Positions 52,629-61,390 of a stretch of 64,000 nucleotides of DNA are shown here, one piece after another; the stretch's first letter is position 1; every line of letters starts with the position of its first letter. Location of the stretch: contig CM039002.1 in NCBI GenBank assembly GCA_017499595.2, forward strand, positions 2,232,001 to 2,296,000, written 5' to 3'. The notes beneath the pieces are model-generated. The model worked only from the letters and a program-made list of their open reading frames with translations, was not told the origin of the DNA and made no database searches. Made by a program: the position numbers and the translations under genes. The stretch comes from Psilocybe cubensis. Its lineage: Eukaryota.

Positions 52629-55600
52629 AATGGGTAGAGGAGGGAGACGCAGTTCGATAACCTTTGTTCCACGGGCGACAATGCATCACGAAGGTCACGC
52701 GTACAGGCTTGTCATGGCTAACAATATGACAAGATTCCAACGCGATCCGCCAACGCCTCGAAATCAGGGGCCGTGGGAAATCGACGTTTTTGCTCTTGGA
52801 GGCCATGATGCAGATGACTTGTGGGCGATATTGAGTTGAAGAACGTGATAGTATGTTTTGACGTAACATTGTCAGCAGGTAAAATGGTTGTGAACACTGA
52901 GGAACATTGTGAAGGAAAGCAAAGTCATAAGCTTGCTGGATCAACCGTGAGAACTCAGTTGGATCTAATCTTATCTCTCCGGCACACGTCGACGCGCAGA
53001 CCATACTTCGCTTTAGCATCCAGGTGTGCGGCATGTGCCCGCCCCCGCATATCCACCTTGCAAACCGCTGCTCTTGCGCTTCCCGACGCTGCTCTTTGCG
53101 GCTCTTCTGGTTTTGTTGCTGTTGCCGTTTGTTGCCGTTGCTGAGCCTGAGTCTGTGCTTGCTGCTGCTGATACTGTGCACTAAACCCCAATCCCGAACT
53201 AGCAGATGACGGCGAGCCAGGCATCGTCACACTCGCGCCAACACCCGCGCTGCCCAACGGCAAAATCAAAGGCGACGACATCGTAGATCCACCGCCCATC
53301 GTGATCCTCCTTCGTTTCGCGAGCTTGTCACGTGTCCTCGTCGAACCGGCACTCCCACTCCCACCAGCACCACTCCCCGCCGCCAACGGGCCAAAGCCCA
53401 GTCCAAGACCCAACCGCCCAGCGCCAAACGGACTGCTCTTTATCACATTGCCATAATCCGGGGATCGATGCGGACGACACAGAAGGTGGCGGGGCATCGG
53501 CGATGCTGCCAGTGCTGGAGATGGACGCGCTGAGGGTGTGCAGGTGCCTGCGCAGAAGGTGCTCGACCTGGAAGGGAAAAGAAAACCCCTCACAGCAGGC
53601 GGCCTCGGCGCCCTCCTCCTGCCCATAAACCGCGGGTGTGGGCTGGGCACATCGGCGCTCATACTCGTACTCCTCGCATCGTCATCCGAATCCTCTTCTG
53701 AAGAGGATTCCTCCGACGACTCGTCAAAAATCGCTTCATCACAATCATAAAACACCACTTTGCCCTGCAAAATATCCAAAGCGCTCGGTCCAGCACCCGC
53801 ACCCCACGTACCCACCAACCCCTCTTCCTCTTCTCCTTCCTACCTCGTAGAGGTGGCCTAGGAAGGGCGCAGGAGGGGATGAGGAGGGTTGAGAGAGGCA
53901 GAGGGGGCCTAGGAAGGGTACAGGGAGGGTACAGGAGGTTTGAGGAGGTCTGAGAGATGCTTTCCCTTTGTGTCTATATCTCCACTCCCTTGCTTGCTGT
54001 TCTTTTTATATATATATTCATAATTTCGTTATCATATTTTGGACTACTTGCCTATCCTAATTTATAAATCTCACGCGTGCGATCGATATCCTAGACACCA
54101 AAACAGATATATATTTGACATACGGGGCAAGAAAAAAAAACGTGTACGTCTAAGAATATCGGTCAGAAAGCGGTCAGTTCCAGGTTACAAAAGACTCACA
54201 AATGCATTTGTAACTACAAACCTGGGGCACCATTAAATGAGGGTACCACAGAAACATGAGCGTTGATCAAGGCCTGAGCCCGTTGAGATGCCGAAGCCTG
54301 CAGCTTGCGACTAGGAGGGGTCCCGCGCAACATTGTTTTCCATTGCACTCTTGTCAAGGGCTGGGCCTGGCGAGTGAGGATGGCCTCCACACGTTCCAGA
54401 TACCAGGCTTCGTTGGTAGGGGTCCATTCGACCCACTGCGTTCCGTTCTGTGTGGCAGGTACCTTCCACAAGTTGGCTGGAGGAAACCAAGATTTCACGG
54501 TGGTTTGTCCTGTCTGAGCTAAGAAATATCGTTTTAGTATTTTGATTTCGGAAGGGTCAAGTACAAAATACCTGTGTACAACGTGTATGTCCCACAAATA
54601 ATAGCCAGCTCATTTTCCGTAAGTTGGTCGTCACAATAGAACCAATTTGTGTTGCCTGCAGATAGCACGAAACCTTGACGATTCTCCAGGATTTCCCGCG
54701 AGGGGCCATTGAGTGCTCGGTCCACACTCAGGTATTCACTGGCTATCCTCCCAATCAATCCCCCCATCAGTAAAGCGGCCCGACCATGGGGTTGGTGTTT
54801 GATTATGTTCTCGCATTGAAACCGATATGTTTCGAAGTCATCGAGGCCAAAAGTATATCCCGTAGGCCGCACAGATCGAGGAGTATATTGTTGCTGCACA
54901 GTAGTGCTTCGTCCTGACATGTGAAGGCCCGTTACAGTACGACAGGGCACTCCTCTCTCAAGTAGCATTTTGGCCAGCGTGTCAATGCGTGCCCATGAGT
55001 GCTCCAGCTTGAGGCGACAGACGCAGAGAGCAATTTCCGCTGTCTCAACAGCCAATTTCCAGTCAACATTTTCTGCTCGAGGTTCTTCAAAAACATAAAA
55101 GTTTGGGTGTGGTCGGTGTATTTGGGAGAGATCCAAAATATGAGAAAGTGCAGTTACACTGTAGCTGTTGAGATCTGACAGTGAGGCCGGCATTTCCACA
55201 CTGGTCGGTTCAATACAAGCGAAGTAAAATTGATAAATTCCTTGCTGATCGCCCAGACCAACCTCTTTGGTATGTGCGCCTAGAAAACCGAAGGTTTCGA
55301 CTAATTCATGCCAATCCGAAGGTGCCAATGGTAGATTCGTATTGGTGTTGGGCAGGTACCCATATGCTTGTCGCAGGCATCTGACCATGTTGTAGTCAGG
55401 GGTCATCCACGTTCCAATGGTCTTGGGCCTGATTTGTTGTTCCAAACCAGCCGCATCTGGCTGTCAGGGTTTCTCTAGTTTTTCCTCTTTATCTTCACAG
55501 AATTATCTTATCCTTTCATTATCTTATCAATTATCTGATTAGATAGTTTATTTCTTTCATCACAGCCTTCTTGCTCCACTTCTTTCTAGTAAATTCTATA

Positions 55601-55915
55601 TGATTCCTAGTCTTACTCATCCTTTTTGTATATGATGTCACTTTTATTCTTTAACCTTCCTTTATGATGTAATGTAGGGAATATTCTAGAATAGCTGTAG
55701 AGTATAAATACTGGACTTGTAGGTAGCTGTAGCTTCAGCTTCAATCTCTTAGGATATCCACTATCATTGGTGTGATCTCTTAGAACCATTGAATCTCTCT
55801 CACTCTCTTATTCTCTCTTTGCTCTTTTACTCTCCCTCTGCTCTCTCTCTCTCTTTCTCTTGCTTAATCTTTGTTGGTGGCCTTGTCATACTGATTATAG
55901 TGTTGCCCTGACAGA

Positions 55916-55926
55916 AGATTGAAGCT
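55916..55926 (+). promoter_or_regulatory. Self-priming primer binding site AGATTGAAGCT
   Basis: Exact reverse complement of AGCTTCAATCT inside the LTR (55737-55747), about 27 nt after the TATA box. Copy 1 has the same pair at 46706-46716 and 46527-46537. Confidence 0.75.
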
Positions 55927-56405
55927 CTCTCAAGACAACTCCACCATCTCTCTTTCAACACCAAACTCTTCACCTCTTCAACCTCTTCAACACCATTACT
56001 TCAACCTTCTTCCTCCACTTCCAACCCACCAACCTCTTCATCAACCTCTTCACCAATCTTCTTACCAATCTCTACATCTCCACCAATCTTCAACATCCTC
56101 CTCAAGACCTTTCCTCAAGACCTTTGGCTCATCATCTTTCCTACTCTCTGTTGTGTGCTGTGTGTGAACTTAGTAGATAGGGATACCAACTGTTGGGGCA
56201 GACACAGTCCTACTAGTGTTCTGTTTTTGGTGGTCTAGGAAATATCCAGTAACCCTGTGATCCTAGGTTTAGAGCCCTGAGTGGTGTGACAACTGGGTAT
56301 CCAGTAGATAGATATTTTTTTTAGAATACTTAGTATAGTTTCAAGGGCACTTTCAGTAGATAGCTTCTCCCACACACACATCAGAGAGCCTACCTACCCC
56401 TACCC

Positions 56406-57512
56406 ATGGACATGGACCCCTCCCAATTGCCTCCCACCACTCCTTCTGTGGAAGAGCTCATGCATCAGGTCCAGCTCCTTACCCAAGAGTTGAATTTTCT
56501 TAGACAGCAGCAGCAGTCATTATCCACTCCACCACACCCTCAGCAACCAGTCAGTCAGTCACCATCACCACCACCACCACCACCTGCTGCTCTAGATATT
56601 CACTCTTTCCCTACCCCTCATGTTGCCCCTTCCTGTTCACACTCTGCCATTAAAGTCTCACCTCCAGATCCATTTGATGGTTCTATGGAGAAGGCAGAAA
56701 ACTTCCTCAGTCAGCTTAAATTATATTTCTATGGGAAAGGGATTACAGATGACTTTCAGAAAGTTATTTGTGCTCTATCTCATATGAAAGGAGGTACTGC
56801 TGGGAAGTGGGCATATGAGAAGACTAAAGTAATAGACAATGCTCAGTCCCAAGAAGGTCTTTGGGCTGACTTTGTTTATGAATTTAGGGAAGTGTTTGCA
56901 GATCCAGACCCCTCCAACACAGCTAAGCATAAAATGCACATGCTCAAGCAAGGCAGACAGACTGCTGATGAGTATGTTGCTAGCTTCAGGGCTCTGATCT
57001 CAGATACTGGGTATAATGATGCTGCTTTGGTAGACCAATTCAAGGCTGGGCTTAATGAAAATCTCAGGAATGCAGTCTACTATGTTCCTGACATGCCCAA
57101 AACCTTGGATGGATGGATTAAATGGAGTACTAGGCTAGATAGGCAGTGGAGACAGAGTGAGGCCTTTACCAAGTCTCTTTCCTCCTCCTCTTCTTCTCCC
57201 TTCCTTAAAGCCCCAACTCCCAAGGCTGTTCCTAAGCCTACTCCAAATCCTCCAGTCTTTTCCAACAGCAGCTCAAGGACCTTTGGTGCTCAGGCAAAGC
57301 AACCAGATGTAGTTCCCATGGAGGTTGACTCTGGATGGAAGTCAATTAGGCCAATTGTTTGCTTCAAGTGCAGAAAGCCTGGTCATAAGGCTGTAAACTG
57401 CAGGTCATCAGTTAACATCAATGCTATGACCCATGAAGAACTGGCTGACTACTTTGGGAAATTAATCTTGGAAGGCAAGGAGCAGAAAGATGAGGAAAAG
57501 AAAAATTTTTAG
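56406..57512 (+). CDS. gag (retrotransposon gag domain, CCHC zinc knuckle), copy 2
   Basis: PDPFDG, LKQGRQTADEY, VPMEVD, CFKCRKPGHKAVNC. Confidence 0.94.
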   Translation: MDMDPSQLPPTTPSVEELMHQVQLLTQELNFLRQQQQSLSTPPHPQQPVSQSPSPPPPPPAALDIHSFPTPHVAPSCSHSAIKVSPPDPFDGSMEKAENFLSQLKLYFYGKGITDDFQKVICALSHMKGGTAGKWAYEKTKVIDNAQSQEGLWADFVYEFREVFADPDPSNTAKHKMHMLKQGRQTADEYVASFRALISDTGYNDAALVDQFKAGLNENLRNAVYYVPDMPKTLDGWIKWSTRLDRQWRQSEAFTKSLSSSSSSPFLKAPTPKAVPKPTPNPPVFSNSSSRTFGAQAKQPDVVPMEVDSGWKSIRPIVCFKCRKPGHKAVNCRSSVNINAMTHEELADYFGKLILEGKEQKDEEKKNF

Positions 57513-57544
57513 AAGCACCATTGGTGAAAGACATGTCCCAATGG
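57503..57544 (+). promoter_or_regulatory. -1 programmed ribosomal frameshift signal (A AAT TTT plus stem-loop)
   Basis: Slippery heptamer 57503-57509 just before the gag TAG, 8-nt spacer, CCATTGG (57518-57524) pairing with CCAATGG (57538-57544). The same signal is at 48289-48330. Confidence 0.75.
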
Positions 57545-60500
57545 AATAGATTTAATGTACTAGAAAATGAAATTGACAGACTTGATCCTCAGTCTTCAGA
57601 TTCTGGTGCAGAAATCATGTCTTCTTCTTCCACTCTTTCTACCTTCCCTGAAAAGATCTACATCCTCAACCATAATCCTAAAACCTCTACCCATTTGTCT
57701 GTCATCTTAAAGACAATGGACACAGAGAAAAGGTTATCTGTTGATGCTTTGCTTGATTCTGGAGCTACTGGCCTCTTTCTGCATTCTGGTTTTGTGAAGT
57801 ATCATAATCTCAACACAAGGAAACTTCCTAGAGCCATTCCAGTCTATAATGTTGATGGTACTCTCAACAAGAGTGGCTCTATCCATGAGGAAGTAGACTT
57901 AATTATGGTACACAAAAACCATACAGAAAGGGCCACCTTTGCTGTTTGTGACTTGGGAGACAAATCTGCTATCATTGGACATACTTGGCTTTGGCACCAT
58001 AATCCAGATGTTGATTGGAAGACAGGGGATGTCCAGTTTATTAGATGTCCCTCTGACTGCCAAATGGAAGCCAAAAGAGCCAGAAGAAAGAGGCAGAGAA
58101 TAGCTGCAGTCAAAAGGAGGAAACTCCCTCAATTTGATGAAGAAGAAGATGATTCTATTGAAGATTCTTCTAATTCTGAGATTGAGCCTGAGGATAGAAT
58201 TTTTATCTCATACCTTCATCCTCAGAAGCAGTCTATTAATGCTACTTCTACTATGTCTCAAAGATTAGCAGAAGAGTCTCATCAGCAAGCTGATCCCCCT
58301 AAGAAAACCTTTGAAGAAACTGTTCCTAAGCACTATCATCAGTTTAAAGGTGTTTTTTCAAAGGAATCTTTTGATAGGCTACCAGACAGAAAGCCTTGGG
58401 ATCATGCTATTGAGCTGAAACCTGGTTCTGAACCTTACAGATCCAAGATTTATCCTCTTTCTCCCAATGAACAAAAGGAACTTGATGCCTTTTTAGAGGA
58501 AAATCTGAAGTCTGGCAGGATTAGACCCTCCAAGTCACCTATGGCCTCCCCTGTATTCTTTGTCAAGAAGAAGGATGGATCTCTTAGGCTTGTCCAGGAC
58601 TATAGGAAACTGAATGAAATGACCATCAAGAACTCCTACCCCCTTCCATTGATTTCTGACATCATCACCAAACTCAGCAAAGCCAAATACTTCACCAAAC
58701 TTGATGTTAGGTGGGGATTTAACAATGTCAGAATCAAAAAGGGAGATGAATGGAAAGCAGCCTTTAGAACCAATAGAGGGCTGTTTGAACCATTGGTCAT
58801 GTTCTTTGGTTTAACCAATAGTCCTGCTACCTTCCAAACTATGATGAATGATATCTTTATTGAGCTCATTGATGGAAATGTTGTCATTGTCTACATGGAT
58901 GACATTTTAATTTTCACTGAGACTCTTGATCATCATAGAGAGGTAGTCAAGCAAGTTCTGCAAATCTTAGAACAGAACAAACTCTACCTTAAAGCAGAGA
59001 AATGTGAATTTGAAAAGGAAAAGATTGAATATCTTGGACTAATCATTTCACAAGGCAGGATTGAGATGGATCCTGTCAAGGTAGAGGGAGTTTCTAAATG
59101 GCCTGAACCTGAAAATGTCAAGGATGTCCAATCATTCTTGGGATTTGTTAATTTTTATAGAAGGTTCATAGAGGATTTTGCAGACATTGCTAAGCCCCTT
59201 CATGAATTGATAAAGAAAGGAACAGTCTGGAGATGGAGTCTTAGACAGCAGGAAGCCTTTGACCAATTAAAGAAGAAAGTCACTTCTTCACCTGTCTTGA
59301 TTTTCCCTGATGATAACAAGCCATATAAAGTTGAAGCAGACAGTTCAGATTATGCTACTGGGGCTGTTTTATCTCAGGAAGGATCAGATGGGAAATGGCA
59401 TCCTGTAGCCTTTATGTCTAAGAGTCTATCTGAAGTAGAAAGGAATTATGAGATCCATGACAAAGAGATGCTAGCTATTATCAGAGCACTAGATGAATGG
59501 AGACATTATCTTGAAGGAACACAACATTCCTTTGAGATTTGGACAGACCACAAAAACTTAGAGTACTTTATGGTTGCCCAAAAGCTCAGCAGAAGGCAAG
59601 CCAGATGGTCACTCTTCCTGTCCAGATTTGATTTTACTCTTCATCATAGGCCTGGTAAAAGATCTCTTAAGCCAGATGCTTTGTCTAGGAGACCAGATCA
59701 TAAAAAGGGGGAGAATGATAACCAAAATGTAGTTCTCCTCAAACCTTCCTACTTTAAAATCCAGGCTCTCAAGCAGGGTCATGCTACCATTACTGGTGCA
59801 GAAAATGATCTTCTTAAGAAGATTAGAGAAGCTAAGGAGATGGATGAAAAGGTGGTCAAGGCAGTTCAGGAGCTCAAGAAATCTTCTACCAAGAAGATTG
59901 AAGGACAGGAATGGTCAGAAGAACAAGGTCTTATTCTCTATAGGGGGAAGGTGTATGTTCCCAAGGACAAAGATCTTAGAAGAAAGATTGTGGAACTGCA
60001 CCATGATGCCTTCATTGCTGGACATCCAGGGAAATGGAAGACAATTGAGCTAGTCTCTAGGAATTATTGGTGGCCAGGAATGTCACATTTTATTGCAGCC
60101 TATACCAGAGGTTGTGATAGATGCAACAGAACCAAAACCTTTCCAGCCAAACCTCTTGGTCTTTTAATTCCTACTGAGATTCCCTCTGATGTCTGGCAAT
60201 GCATCTCTGTGGACTTTATTATGGGGTTACCAGAATGTCAAGGGTATAATGCCATTATGGTGGTTGTGGATAGACTTAGTAAAATGATCCACATTATCCC
60301 TACTACAGATGAAGTCACTTCTGAAGGGACAGCCAGACTATACAGAGATTATGTCTGGAAACACCATGGCTTACCCATTAAAATTCTGTGTGATAGAGGT
60401 CCACAGTTTGTCTCAAGGTTTATGAAAGAACTCAACTCAATACTTGGTATCCAGACAGCCTCATCTACAGCCTACCATCCCCAAACTGATGGTCAGACTG

Positions 60501-61390
60501 AAAGAGTTAACCAAGAAATTGAGCAGTATCTTAGACTCTTTATAAACCATAGACAAAATGATTGGGTTGAATGGTTAGCTCTAGCTGAATTCTCTTATAA
60601 CAATAGAGTTCAGGCTTCAACCAGGCAGACACCATTCATGCTCAATAATGGCAGACATCCCAGAATGGGCACTGAACCCCTTAGAGATAGTAAAATGGAC
60701 ACTGTGGATACCTTTGTGAAAAATATGGAAGAAGCCAGGAAAGAAGCAGAGTCTGCACTTAGAAAAGCTGCTGATGATATGGCTAAATTCTATAATAGAC
60801 ACAGAGGTACTCCAACTCAGTACAAAGTTGGGGATTTGGTATGGTTGGATGGCAAAGACCTCAAAACTGATAGGCCCTCCAAGAAATTGGATGATAAAAG
60901 ATATGGGCCTTACAAAATTACCAAAGTTATTAGCCCTAATGCCTATGAGCTTAAGCTGCCATCTACCATGAAAATTCATCCAGTGTTCAATGTGGTTAAA
61001 CTTCTACCTTATCACCCAGATATTGTAGGAAGAAAGCCTCCTTCTAGACCACCTCCTGTCATTCAAGGAGAAAATCCTGAGTGGGAAGTTGAATTTATCA
61101 AGGACAGCAGACTTTTTAGAAACAAACTTCAATATTTGGTCAAGTGGAAGAACTATCCTAATGAAGAATGCACTTGGGAGCCTGCAGAGCATTTGAAAAA
61201 TGCTTCTAAGGCTATCAAGGACTTCCATGCCAAACATCCTTCAGCACCTAGAAGGATTTCTGCTGTGACCTTTGATAGACTTTCTTTCACTCCTATTATT
61301 AACTTTACTGAACCTCCTCCTCTTCTTAAACCCTCTAAACTAACCCATCCATGTGCACATTGTGGAAAATGTGCCTTAGAGAGGGGGTGA
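57521..61390 (+). CDS. pol polyprotein (protease, RT, RNase H, integrase, chromodomain), copy 2
   Basis: 1289-aa ORF with the same motifs as copy 1, in the -1 frame relative to gag. Confidence 0.96.
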   Translation: MVKDMSQWNRFNVLENEIDRLDPQSSDSGAEIMSSSSTLSTFPEKIYILNHNPKTSTHLSVILKTMDTEKRLSVDALLDSGATGLFLHSGFVKYHNLNTRKLPRAIPVYNVDGTLNKSGSIHEEVDLIMVHKNHTERATFAVCDLGDKSAIIGHTWLWHHNPDVDWKTGDVQFIRCPSDCQMEAKRARRKRQRIAAVKRRKLPQFDEEEDDSIEDSSNSEIEPEDRIFISYLHPQKQSINATSTMSQRLAEESHQQADPPKKTFEETVPKHYHQFKGVFSKESFDRLPDRKPWDHAIELKPGSEPYRSKIYPLSPNEQKELDAFLEENLKSGRIRPSKSPMASPVFFVKKKDGSLRLVQDYRKLNEMTIKNSYPLPLISDIITKLSKAKYFTKLDVRWGFNNVRIKKGDEWKAAFRTNRGLFEPLVMFFGLTNSPATFQTMMNDIFIELIDGNVVIVYMDDILIFTETLDHHREVVKQVLQILEQNKLYLKAEKCEFEKEKIEYLGLIISQGRIEMDPVKVEGVSKWPEPENVKDVQSFLGFVNFYRRFIEDFADIAKPLHELIKKGTVWRWSLRQQEAFDQLKKKVTSSPVLIFPDDNKPYKVEADSSDYATGAVLSQEGSDGKWHPVAFMSKSLSEVERNYEIHDKEMLAIIRALDEWRHYLEGTQHSFEIWTDHKNLEYFMVAQKLSRRQARWSLFLSRFDFTLHHRPGKRSLKPDALSRRPDHKKGENDNQNVVLLKPSYFKIQALKQGHATITGAENDLLKKIREAKEMDEKVVKAVQELKKSSTKKIEGQEWSEEQGLILYRGKVYVPKDKDLRRKIVELHHDAFIAGHPGKWKTIELVSRNYWWPGMSHFIAAYTRGCDRCNRTKTFPAKPLGLLIPTEIPSDVWQCISVDFIMGLPECQGYNAIMVVVDRLSKMIHIIPTTDEVTSEGTARLYRDYVWKHHGLPIKILCDRGPQFVSRFMKELNSILGIQTASSTAYHPQTDGQTERVNQEIEQYLRLFINHRQNDWVEWLALAEFSYNNRVQASTRQTPFMLNNGRHPRMGTEPLRDSKMDTVDTFVKNMEEARKEAESALRKAADDMAKFYNRHRGTPTQYKVGDLVWLDGKDLKTDRPSKKLDDKRYGPYKITKVISPNAYELKLPSTMKIHPVFNVVKLLPYHPDIVGRKPPSRPPPVIQGENPEWEVEFIKDSRLFRNKLQYLVKWKNYPNEECTWEPAEHLKNASKAIKDFHAKHPSAPRRISAVTFDRLSFTPIINFTEPPPLLKPSKLTHPCAHCGKCALERG

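Noticed and set aside
52579-53181. 200-aa minus-strand ORF sharing the tail SGQHYNQ.DKATNKD with ORF 61793-63913
   Set aside because: The shared tail is read-through into the antisense LTR end, not protein homology.
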